Shown: positions 12,645 to 23,755 of the stretch, piece after piece
Numbering within the stretch: position 1 is the first letter of the stretch
Layout of the letters: each line of letters begins with the position of its first letter
NCBI GenBank assembly: GCA_013239625.1
Contig: MU055008.1
Span: 1,849,357 to 1,913,356 of the forward strand
Length of the DNA stretch: 64,000 nucleotides
Reading direction: 5' to 3'
From: Lama guanicoe
Lineage: Eukaryota
Translations under genes and position numbers: made by a program
The notes under the pieces: model-generated
Told to the model about the DNA's origin: nothing
Database searches by the model: none
Seen by the model: the letters and a program-made list of their open reading frames with translations, nothing else

Positions 12645-13052
12645 TGTAGGGCACTGATCAGCTGATGCCTCCCCTAAATTCACATCCACCCAGAACCTCA
12701 GCTTGTGACCTTATTTAGAAATAGGGTCTTCGCAGGTGTAATTAGTTAAGTCGAGATGAGGTCATGCTGGATGAGGGTGGGTCCTAAATCCAGCGACCAA
12801 TGGCATCATAAGAGGAAAGGGCACAGAGACCCACAGGGATGAAGGCCACGTCAGGATGGAGACAGGGCGGAGGGCTGCAGCCACAAGCCAGGGAGCACCG
12901 AGGAGGGCCGACAGCCCCCAGAAGTGGGAAGAGCAGAGGAGGCACGAAAGACCCTCCCCACGGCCTTGCTGGCCCTGCTGACACCTGGACGTCGCACTTC
13001 TGGCCCCAGGCGGTGTGGTGTCCCTCTGTTGTGCAGCCCTGGGAAACCAATA
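12645..13052 (+). mobile_element. MLT1C-like MaLR solo LTR
   Basis: 'gaacctcag...tgtgaccttatttagaaatagggtcttcgcaggtgtaattagttaag...atgaggtcat...gcagccctgggaaaccaata'. Confidence 0.88.
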
Positions 13053-13504
13053 TGGCGGAGAGGCCATTTTTCCAGGGACTCGGGTGTCCACAAGCATAAA
13101 AGGAAATGCATTCCAGTAATGGCAGGGAAGCGACCCAGGCTCCCCTTACCTCCCGGTTTCCTCTCCGGGGAGGCCTCTGCAGGTGGGGGCAGGCGAGACA
13201 CTCAACCAGGAGGCCTGGCTCGGTCTGCGTCCCAAGCCGGGCACACACCTTGGTGTGTGGTGGTGGTTCTTTTCCTTTGTGTCCGGTCATAGTAGCTGCA
13301 TGCGTTTAAGGGGACAAGGGAGATGGAGGGAGTGGGGGTGGGAGGGACTTCAGTACAGAGGAAAAGGACAGAATTACTCCAAGGAGTGGCAACCCTGCGG
13401 TGTCTCCCTGATGCCTGTGCCTGGAAGGGCTCTGCCTGGGCGGTTGCTGGACTGGAGAACTGGGCTTTTGAAGCTCCGTCTCTCATCACGTCAGCTCCAG
13501 CAGG

Positions 13505-13655
13505 ACCCGGCTCTGAGCTGCCTCAGTTTCCTCAGCTGAGAAATGGGCCAGTTGACATGCACAAACGTGCATCTTGGGTGAGGCTGCTGGGGAAGAAGTG
13601 AGCCAGTGCAGGTGTGAGTCAAGTGCTTTCACGTGCTGGTGACACTGTGGTTTCC
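13505..13655 (+). mobile_element. MIR
   Basis: 'gcctcagtttcctcagctgagaaatggg' core. Confidence 0.65.
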
Positions 13656-14015
13656 TTGGTAACAGATGCTGCTGTCTGGCAAATTCCCACAGCCAACCGC
13701 GGAGCTGTGGTACTTGACTTGGGTGTCCCTGAACTGGTTTTCATCCAGGGTTGTCCTAGTCAATGTGGGCGAATTTGTGCCCCTAGACAGGAGGCTGCTC
13801 TGAGGCCATTACACACTCGCACACACGTGCATACCTGCACGCACACACGATACACACCCTGAATCACACCATTATGCCCCACACTGCAGTGATGTGAGCA
13901 GGGTTCCCAATGCGTGTGACCATCCCAGCCGTGTAAGCCATGCTGACCTTTCACCCTTGCTTCTAAAAGGACTTCAAGTGATTCTGGGACTTTATTTTAG
14001 AAAATACTCTTTCCT

Positions 14016-14188
14016 AATAACAGGGACCTACTGTGCAGCACGAAGAACTATGTTCACTGTCTTGTAATAACTTACAATGGAAAAGACTCTGAAAAAGAAT
14101 ATATATATGTGTAACTGAATCACTCTGCTGTACACTTGAAACTAACACAACAATGTAAATCAACTCTACTTCAATTAAAAAAAAAAAA
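14016..14188 (+). mobile_element. L1 extreme 3' end with poly-A and diverged TSD
   Basis: L1 3'UTR plus A run; flanks agaaaatactctttcct (13999-14015) and agaaaatgcgcccttcct (14188-14205). Confidence 0.9.
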
Positions 14189-14540
14189 GAAAATGCGCCC
14201 TTCCTTTGTAAAATATTATCTCCAGACGAGAAGCTTCTGAGCAATGAGGTGGAGAGATGAAATATTTTCCCAATCCTGGCCCTTCTGAATGACAGACAAA
14301 CCAAAGACCGACAGCCAGAAAGTAGGATTCTGCGCACCAGACACTCCCGGGAGGGGCCCAGAAGTTCTCTCTTCCTTGGGGGATCCCCTTTCTCGGAAGC
14401 TGGGTATTTACCAACTGTGCAACTGGCTCCCTGAAAGGTGGTCATCTTCTTTCCTGCGGGGTTGCAAAGACAGAGAGTTGCTCAAGGTCACAAAGCTACT
14501 CAACAAGCAAGTTGCGACTGAAAGAACGTGGATCCAAGAG

Positions 14541-14680
14541 CCCGCGCATACCGAGCATGCGCCGTGCGCCGGTCCTCGCTCCCGGACTTCCGCGCGCGAG
14601 TTCAGTGGCTCCTCACGAACTCCGTGATACAGGCTTTATCCCCATGTTACAGCTGAGGACGCTGAGGCAGCGAGAGGAAA
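14541..14680 (-). mobile_element. MIR (unusually CpG-rich)
   Basis: 'atccccatgttacagctgaggacgctgaggcagcgagagg' antisense MIR core. Confidence 0.7.
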
Positions 14681-14829
14681 AACAATCAGGGGCCAGGCAG
14701 TGTGGTTCCAAGTCCCATTTCTTAACGCAGTACCCTCCTGCGCCCCAAACCCGAAGTCAAGCTGCCTGGGGAAGGATCAGATCCGGGCCAGTGCGGGCAC
14801 CTGCAGCTCACCCAGGGTATAACCCAGGG

Positions 14830-14967
14830 TTAGTACTTGACCCCTGACCCTGCGTAAATTACTGAAGCATCCCAAGACTCAGTGTGTTCTTCTGTAAAAT
14901 GGGTGTCCCTCCAGACCCCTCATGTGCTGCGGTGAAGGTTAATTACATGATACATGTAAAGCACCTG
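14830..14967 (+). mobile_element. MIR
   Basis: 'ctcagtgtgttcttctgtaaaatggg...atgatacatgtaaagcacct'. Confidence 0.7.
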
Positions 14968-15952
14968 TTAGATTTTATTCCCAAGAAACTTCAGTTATTC
15001 TTCCTTCTGCTGGATTAGGAGTGTCAACTCTGCATCCTTGCTGCCTGTCCCTGGCTAGCTCTGTAAGTCAAATTGTTAATCAGATGAAGGCTGTCTGTGA
15101 CATTTCAGGAATTCTGCAAGAAGCTACCCACCCATCTTATCACCTTGGCCTAAGCGTTTTTCTCTGTGTTTATTGTTTTAGTGTTCCTTTATCCCTGACC
15201 TGAGGTTGATTTCCATCAGCTGCAGTGACATCGTGCACCTGCCCGGCTGGTTTGGGCTGGGCCATCAGATGCTATGTCCACGACCGGGCTCAGACTCAGA
15301 AGCAACCCCACGTCCTGTCCGTCAGGGCTCCCCAGCAGGGGTCTCCTCCCGAGGACACCCTCCTCTCCCTGCCCCAGGCTCCTCTCCAGCACCTGCCATG
15401 CAGCCCCCTTCTCTCTGACCACAGACTCAGCCTGGTGGAGGCAGGGTAGGACCCTCCCTGTCTTCTGAAGCCCGGCAGCTTCCCAGCCTCTGCTGCTGCC
15501 TGGGAGTGGGCTCAGTGGGAGATGGAGGCTCTAGAAGAAGACATAGCAGCCCCAGGCCCTCCCCGGCAGCAGCCTGAGTCTCAGGTCGTCATCTAATTAA
15601 ATAACTACAGGCCAGAGAGGCTGGTCTCATGACTCAGGCAGGGGTCCTCCCTGAAGTCTTCCTAGATGAAAAGTTCTGAGGACCCTGAGGACATCAGATT
15701 CCCTCTTTCCATCCCATCCCCATTTTCTGGGTTGAGATATGAATGTTGGCCCCGATCGATGTATATTCTGTGTCGTTTAAAATGTACTAATATCTAGGTG
15801 GAATTCACAAATGTAGGTGGAATGTCCCCTATGTGATGGCACTTTCTGGGTCTATAAGGGACACAAAGGCAAATTGGACATTGTCTCGTCCCCGAGGCCT
15901 CTGGTGCAGCAAGGATATGTGTGCATTCACACACACACACCCCATGTAATGT

Positions 15953-16409
15953 TGCACTAGTCCTGTTACTGCAGTGGCAATTTGCTACGAACTTAGTGGC
16001 TTAAAACAGCACAAGTTTATTCCCTTACTGTCTGGTAGTCGCAAGTCTGACAGAGTCTCACTGCTCTAAAGAGGTGTCAGCGCAGGGTGTATTTCTTTCT
16101 GGAGATTCTGTTTTCTGCCATTTTCCGGCTTCTAGTGGCTCCTGGGCTGGTGGGCCCTCCTCCACCTCTGACTCGTCTTCCTCACCCTTAGGTCTCTCCA
16201 GGAGCACAGCTGGGAAAGAGTGTCAGCTTTCAAGGACGCATGCGATTAGACTGGGTGGGCCCAGCAGGGTCAGCTGGGACGCCCTCCCCTTCTCAACCTG
16301 ATCACATCTGTGAAGGCCCGCTGCCCTGCGTTGTGATATGGTCACAGTTCCCACGGATTAGGACGTGGGCATCATTTGGGGGTGGGGGGAGCAGTATTCT
16401 GCCACCACA
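15953..16409 (-). mobile_element. MLT1D/E-like MaLR solo LTR
   Basis: 'acttagtggcttaaaacagcacaagtttatt...ggattaggacgtgggcatcatttgggg...attctgccaccaca'. Confidence 0.85.
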
Positions 16410-16636
16410 AATATACGTCATGTAAGTAGTAACTACAATAGGATAGAAACTTGTGTTAATACAGTTATAATATAATATAGATTAGTTATTCCAAGTTGCT
16501 CAGAGTGCTTGCGGGGGGAGGTAGTTATTCTGGATCTGGGTTGGGAGGTTGGGGCGGTAAGAGTGGGGTGGGGAAGATGAGTTTGGGAAGTGTACATTCA
16601 AGTAACAATAAAGAGTGACATCTGTTTCTATATGTT

Positions 16637-16659
16637 TATCTGCCTATCTGCCTATCTGC

Positions 16660-16708
<49 letters not shown>

Positions 16709-16717
16709 CATCCATCT
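16637..16717. repeat. compound (CTATCTGC)n/(CTAT)n microsatellite
   Basis: tatctgcctatctgcctatctgcc followed by (tatc)n. Confidence 0.95.
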
Positions 16718-17769
16718 AATTTTACATGTTGCTCATAAGAAGTCATAGTTGGGGAACAGTTACTGCTTTACGGGCACTAGAGGAGGATGGGGTATCTTGT
16801 ATGCTTGGGGGGCCGGAAAGTCTTCAGGGGGAGGTGTGCTTGGAGGACTCGAGGCTGAGCCTTGGAGGTCGGGAGGGTTTTGGACCCATGGAGACAGGCA
16901 ATCAGGCCGGTCAGGGACCAGAAGAAAAACATCACAGGCAGCTAAGGGGACCTGATGCCATGAGCTGGTCTGTAGTAGAGGGTTTCACGAGGAGCAAATG
17001 AAAGGTAAATTAGGAGATCGGGGCCTCCCCAGGGTGCAGGCCCTGGGCAGCTTTCAGAGACACGGAGCAGAACAGTGAAACCCCAGGAGCACCAGGACAT
17101 GGGGTCCAGAGCGGGAGTCAGACGGCTGACAGGAGGACCGACCCCACGGTGGGTACCTTGGCAGTGTTGGAGCGGGGCCAGGAGGGTCTGTCTTGAGGCC
17201 GTGGAGGGGCGGGTCTGCTGTGGGCACCTGGGTCCCGTCTGGAAATGCCCAGGGTCCCTGAGGACTGGCTTTGAGAGGATGACTTGTATGTACTCGGAGG
17301 AAATCAGGGTCCCCGGATGGGTCTGATGAGATGGGTTTTAGGGTTCCCAGGTCAAATGCTGCAGCCAAGCAGGGGAACTGTGGTGCTGTCCCGAGGGGCC
17401 GTGGCCATGTCACAGAGAACCTGGCTGCCCCTCTGTCCGTGTGGGCGGAAGGCATGGGCGCCCTGGCCCAGGAGAGAAGCCTGGGATACCAGGGTGGGTT
17501 CCGGGTAGTTAAGCATTCATGCCTCAGCATGGTGACACCAGGTTTTCTCGGGAAACTGGATGGCCGACAAGATTTCCTGACCCTTCCTGGCACATGCTCC
17601 CTGGAGAGTCAAGCCTGCTGTCCTGTGGATCCAGCCATGGGGCCCGAGTAGACACAATCGGTGGCCTTTAGTTGACAGACCAGTACGTGAGGGAGCTGTT
17701 AACGATGCTGTGTCCTCATCTTCCTGGTTGTGCGCTTCTCCAAAGAGGGTGTCCTTACCCTGTGAGAGT

Positions 17770-17916
17770 GTCAGCAGCCCCCAGCAGTCATCGGAAATGC
17801 AGATTCTCTGGCCACACCCAGACCTCCTGAACCAGAAACGCTGGGATGCGGCCCAGACATCTGGGTTTGCCAAGCCCTCCAGGGGGTGTGAATGCCACTC
17901 AGGATGGAGAACCACT
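17770..17916. mobile_element. MER5A-like hAT MITE
   Basis: 'gaaatgcagattctctggccacacccagacctcctgaaccagaaac...gagaaccactg'. Confidence 0.85.
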
Positions 17917-19142
17917 GTCCCACTGCCCTCCTGGCCTCTCAGTCGCTCATCTCCTTCCTCCTCCCATCTCAGTCCTGCCCTGTGGCCGATGCCCCATCTT
18001 CACACGTCTGACACTTGGCAATCTTGCCACTGTGAGAGGCTCTGGTGTGGCTTCAGGCTTCAGAGGTGAGTCAGTCAGATGATTCGAGGTGAAACCACCT
18101 GTCCTGTAGGAGAGTTGGGGGACAGTGAGGGGCTGCTAAACGGAGGCCGTGGCCAGGTGAGTGCAAGACCATCTCTTCCCTGCAGCGTGAGGGATTCGGA
18201 CGAGACTGAGACAGGACTCTTCTGGGATGTGATGTCCAAGCGGTGACGGTAGGCTCCCACCTCTGGATGTCCCTAAAAACAAGGTGATCATCTTCCACTG
18301 TGATCCTGCCTCAGGGTGGAAAATGGACTTCAGGACCTTGTGTGGTCCTGAACCACTGAATGGTTCCCCTCGGCTCCACTTCTGTCTAGAACATTCCAAG
18401 GAGGACCTTGCGGGACTGAGAGTGAGGCTTTTATTTTAAATGCAAACCTCCATTAGGGCTGTGAGTGGAATGTCCAATGATGTCAAATAGAACTGAGGGC
18501 CCTCTGCATCCCTGTTCGTTCATGCCCTGCACGTCTCCACCTGCGGGTGGACTGTGGCTATGGGGGCCAGGCTGCCTGGCGCCAAAGAGGTCGGGGGTGA
18601 GAATATGATCACGTCATGAGGTTGCAGTGGGTTTCTGCAGAAAGTGCATCACCTTGAGGTCTTTCAATTTGTTTTCCGATTTGAAAAAGATGCTTCTTCT
18701 TTTCCATACTGTCGGCTGTCAGTATCTTTCTTAGGTACATCTTCTACTAGTGCAGAAAAATCAAAGATGCCTGAAACAAAGATTTGCACCTGAAGAGTGA
18801 GGAGGTGGGTACGGACGGAGTCTGGTCTGTGCCAGACCGGAGCAGATGATCCCTGGCACGTGGTGGAGTGGTGAGGGATGTGGGCACCACTGTGGGCAGG
18901 AATGGAGGGGAATAGGGTGAGGACCAGGGCTCTGGGTTGGGTGCTGACTCCACCACTTACTTGCTTATGTGCACGGGAGAGAGGAAAGAGAGGGTGGAAG
19001 AGGCTGCAGCTCCCGCCCAGAGCTGTCCCCACCTGAGGCCATGGTCCCCTGTGGCTCTGCCCCAGGAGCATCCTTGCCCCCTCCCTGCTCTGATGGGAAT
19101 GACTAAAGGAGATCCTGGTGCAAAAAATGCTGCCGATCTCAA

Positions 19143-20055
19143 TTTTTTTAAAAAAGAGTTGAATTGTTTTATTGCGGTAAATTACATTCAACATCAAGTT
19201 GACCGTTTTACCCTTTTTGAGTATATGATTCAGTGGCATTAAGCACATTCACATTGTTGTGCAGCCATCACCACTGTCCATCTCCAGAACGCTTCATCGT
19301 CATGGACTGAAACTCTGTCCAGATGAAACGCTGACACCCCCTCTTCCTTGCCTCGGCCTCGGTCACCTCTGACCTCCTTTTTGTCTCTGTGGGCTTGACT
19401 GCTCTGCATAACCCACACATGGGTCANNNNNNNNNNNNNNNNNNNNNNNNNNNNNNNNNNNNNNNNNNNNNNNNNNNNNNNNNNNNNNNNNNNNNNNNNN
19501 NNNNNNNNNNNNNNNNNNNNNNNNNNNNNNNNNNNNNNNNNNNNNNNNNNNNNNNNNNNNNNNNNNNNNNNNNNNNNNNNNNNNNNNNNGCTTGGGTTAT
19601 TTCTACCTTTGGTTATTATGAATAGTGTACGTTGGTGTGCAAACATCTGTTTGAGTCCCTGCTTCCAATTCTTTGGGGTATATACCCAGAAGTGAATATC
19701 TGAGTCATCTGGTAACCATGTGTACGTTTTTGAAGACCTGCCACATTGTCTTCCACAACAGCTGCATGATTTAACATTCCCAGCAGCAAAGCACAAGGGT
19801 TCCAATTTCTCCACATCCTTGTCGATGTTTGTTCTTTTCTATTTTTAAAATATTGAAATACAGTCAATGACAATGTGTCAGTTTGCTTTGTCTTTTTTGA
19901 TAGTTGCCATCCTAATGCGTGTAAAGTGGTATCACAGCGTGTGATTTGCATTTCTCTAATGATGAGTGATGTTGCCTGCCTTTTCATGTGCCATTGGCCA
20001 TCTGCATACTTTCTCTGGAGAAATGCCTATTCAAGTTCTTCGTCCAGTTTTGAAG
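19143..20055 (-). mobile_element. L1MB-like 3' end (spans an assembly gap)
   Basis: 'ttcagtggcattaagcacattcacattgttgtgcagccatcacc' plus degenerate ORF2 C-terminus (MEKLEPLCFAAGNVK..., 'atttgcatttctctaatgatgagtgatgtt'). Confidence 0.9.
19427..19589. other. assembly gap
   Basis: N run inside an L1. Confidence 0.99.
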
Positions 20056-20609
20056 CTGGCCTCTAATTTTAGCTGCAGTTGGAAGACTGACTAGTTGAGC
20101 TACAAAATCCTCATGTTTTAAAAAGTCTTTTCTAATTTTCTTTGAGGTAAGAAATTTGTTTCTGCATGTGGCTGGACATTGTCACACTTCGATAAAGATG
20201 TGCCTGTCCTGTATTCCTTCTGTCTCCATGGGGAGGCAGGGCCTCCACCTGTTGCTGGCTCATTGTCTCCCAGGTGTACCCAGAACCTGTGATTTGCTTA
20301 AGCCAATACTCCCCCTTGGAACTGGTCCAAAAAGGAAGCTTTTTGTGAGGCCCTGGAAAGCAAGTGGCTGAAACCACGGAAAGTATCAGCTGTGGTTTTA
20401 CAGGGCAGCATGGCTGGGGCGGAGTGAGGGCGCTGGATGCTCTGTCCTGGGCCTAACTCTTGGCTTTGAGAACCATTTGTCAGAAAGTCTTTCCTCTTTT
20501 GGTTCAAACTCTTAGATAATAGGCACATGTTAATGCCGTTGGCTGTCAGAAAGACATTGGAAAAATCCTATGATTGTTTAAATGGACTAAAACACATTTT
20601 AAAAATGAA

Positions 20610-20740
20610 CATAATGGTTCAGGATGTTGATGGAGAGAAGGCTGTGCATGGCTCGGGACGGGAGCACGTGGGAACTCTCTGTCCTTTCCAGTCAATTTTG
20701 CTCTCAATGAAGTCTATCAAGAAAGAAAGGACATTTAAAA
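20610..20740 (+). mobile_element. old L1 (L1MC-like) 3' end
   Basis: 'caggatgttgatggag...gggaactctctgtcctttcc...caattttgct'. Confidence 0.6.
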
Positions 20741-21775
20741 GGGGGGGGGGCGTTGTGGTCTTCCACCACTTCAGCACCAAAAATGTGGAGATGGTATCAT
20801 AAATTGGGGAATAATATAAAACATGTCTTTGGAGAGGTGTAGCTTTAGTAAATAAGGCTTTATTTTCAGAGCTAGGTGAATATTTCTTGTTTGGCTCTAA
20901 GAAGAGAGACGAGGACACAGACCTACACAACGGGAGATCTTTACTAAAGGAATAAACGCTGCAGAGGTCGGCCCCGGTGACGGCCCGTTCATTTGCTTGT
21001 GCATATTCGTACGTGCACACGCCCCCAGGTGTGCAGGACTGCGGAGGCTGAGAGCTCCAGGCAGCAAGGACTCACGCGCGGATAAGGCTTGCGGTGTGCT
21101 TTCTTCCCGTGAAATTCACTCCCCTTCTCCTGAACTGAGCGTTTCCTTGGCTTTGATGAGGATCCTGTCTTCACTGCAGCCACTGTGGACCTGAGTCCTT
21201 CTCTAGGCGTGGCCTCTTCTCTGGCTCTTGCTCTCTGCAGCTCACAGCCACCTTCTTGAAATTCTCTTGGCTTTCAGGACATCAATTTTTTTTTTCCTGA
21301 TTTCCTTTTTATTTCTCTGGTTCTTTCTCAGGGAGACCTGCCCTGACCCCTGTATTGGTTGGACGGCCCACCAGAGTTGGGTAATTTGAGGAGAACTTAA
21401 AAAAGGGACTGCTTACCAACTTGGGGGTGGGGTGGTGCAGCACCCCCAGCAATGTGGGGCCAGCAATGTGGGGAGCCCTTGCTGACTCTTGGTCCAAAGG
21501 ACCAAAGGAAGGGAGCAGGTTTGTCCTCGGCAGAACCTGGAGAGAGAGCTCAAGGAAGCACATCTCTGAAGAAACCAGGAGGGATGGGCCAGGGAGGATA
21601 AATACCACAGCACGCTCCTCCAGCTGTGATCTTCTGCTGTGCTCCCAGTGGAGGCTGACAGCGGGGGCCATTGATGCACTGCACCCCTGGTGTCCTGGGA
21701 GAAAGAGCGGACAGGAAAAGCCTGGAGAGTAAGTCTATAGGGACCAGCAGAAGCCATCCGACCACTGCCACACCT

Positions 21776-22158
21776 GCGATGAGCTGGATTATGTCCCAGC
21801 CTCCCATCCAGATGTTGAAGTCCTAACCCCCAGTAACTCAGAATGGGACCTTCCTTGGAGCTCACGTCATTAAAGAAGTAATTAAGTTAAAATGTGGTCA
21901 GTAGGTTGGGTCCTAATTCAGTTGGGACTGGCATCCTTATCAGAAGAGAGATGAGGACACAGACACACACAGAGGGATGACCATGTCAGGACACGGGGGA
22001 AGAGAACCGTCTACGATCCAAGAGGCCTCAGAAGAACCCAACCCTGCGTGCGCCTTGATCTTGGATTTCCAGCCTCTGGAACTATGAGCCGATACACTTC
22101 TGTGTTTAATCAGCCTGATCTGTAGTCTTTGTTATGGCAGCTGGAGCTAACGTAGACA
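21776..22158 (+). mobile_element. MLT1A/B-like MaLR solo LTR
   Basis: 'gttgaagtcctaacccccagt...gtaattaagttaaaatg...ccttgatcttggatttccagcct...ttgttatggcagc'. Confidence 0.9.
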
Positions 22159-22859
22159 ATACCCAAGTTTGCGATGACTTTGAGCACTTTCTTCCCCTTC
22201 CTGGCTTGAGTTTTCTCTTTGGCCTCTATTACCATCTGGTGTGCCCTGTGTTTTATTTATCTCATCCTTTGTCCCTAAGCGCCCTCCCTCCCCACATCAC
22301 CTCCATAAAGATGTGATTCCTCTATTTTGTTGCTCTGAAGTCTCAGGGCCTAAATCATCACCTGATGCTTAGAACGTGCTCTGGAGGGGCAAACGTTTGT
22401 TGAATGAAACGTTTTCCAAGTCCTTTGTTTTTAATAATCTTTGCTGGTTTTCCCTCCTTCTGCTCATCTCTTAACCCCAAAGGCCCCAAACTGCACTCAC
22501 TGGTCTTGGCCTCTGCAGCTCCTCCTCTGTTCCTCCCTTTGATCGGTAGACCGCAACCCCACGGTGTCTGGAGCCAGGGACTCCAGAACCACCCCCCCCG
22601 CCTCTCCCAGCCATCCCACCCATCCCTTCCTCTCCGTCTGCACGGTGGCCTTGACTCAGCCACACGTGAGGGATGCTGTCCAAGGCCTTCTCGGAGCCAG
22701 GGCTGAGATAGGTGGTCCTGTACTCTGAGTGTTCACATTTCATCACTTCGTAGTGCCAGCTGTGGATGGGCTGCCCCAGGGAGGCTTCGGGAGGTGGGAG
22801 GAGCCTGGTGTGTGAGTGACCTGGGAGGCTGAAGGGTTGAGCTGAGTCAGACACACAGT

Positions 22860-23064
22860 GGTGTGTGTGTGTGTGTGTTTATGTGTGTGTATGTGTGTGT
22901 GTGTTTGTCTATGTGTGCGTGTTTGTCTGTGTGTATGTGTTTGTCTGTGTGTGAGAGAGAGAGAGGGAGATAGCCAGAGACAGACAGACGCAGAGACAGA
23001 GATACAAGACAGAGATACAGAGACAGAGAGAAACAGAAGGAAAAGAGAGAGAGAGAGAGAGAGA
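22860..23064. repeat. compound (TG)n then (GA)n low-complexity tract
   Basis: About 95 bp of TG-rich repeat followed by about 110 bp of GA-rich repeat. Confidence 0.95.
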
Positions 23065-23559
23065 AAACACGTGTGTATAGTTTAACAGGCTTCCTTCCTC
23101 TTCCCATAGCGTGATTTAATCCTATCAACTAATCCTATCTAATACACTGATCAGGATATTGGCCTTTCCCACTGGTGCTCAACAGTCATCTGGGATTTTA
23201 CTGCTGGGAGGAGAAAGGAGCTCCTGGAGTCATCCAGAATGCAGGTCTCTGTACACATGCACCACATTTCCTTGGAAGCCTCTTGGGGATTTTTTGCTCC
23301 TCTGAGATCCAGCCCTGCTGGCCTTGGGACAGGGCCTGCATTCATGCTGACTGTTTTCCAAAGGTCCACACTTCATCACAGAGGGAATTAGGGCTGACCC
23401 AGGGTCCGGGGATGGGGAAGATGAGTTGGAGCCTACTTCTTCAGAATGCACAGGTGGCTACCCAGCACAGGAAGTGGGAGAGCTCTGACTGGGGAGGAAA
23501 TCTTGAGCCGGTTCAGGCGCTGGCTCTCCTTGGTGGGTCCTTAGGCACACTTCTTTAAG

Positions 23560-23755
23560 AAAAAAATTTTTTTAATTAAAGAAATGTGTTTATTGAGGTG
23601 TAGTTGATTTACAACGTCGTGTTAATTTCTGGTGTGCTGCATGGCGATTCAGTTACACGTCCGTGCATATTCTTTTTCAGATTCTCTTCCCTGCAGGTCA
23701 TTACAAGCTACTGAATATAGTTCCCTGTGCTCCACAGCAGGGCCTGGTTGTTTCT
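23560..23755 (-). mobile_element. L1 extreme 3' end
   Basis: 'ttattgaggtgtagttgatttacaac...ttacaagctactgaatatagttccctgtgc'. Confidence 0.85.

Noticed and set aside
20125-20155. Second AG|GTAAG recursive-site-like motif (ttttctttgag|gtaaga)
   Set aside because: GAG is a poor acceptor; more likely a lone donor-like motif
21446-21473. 14-bp tandem duplication ccagcaatgtgggg x2
   Set aside because: Common slippage product with no further signal
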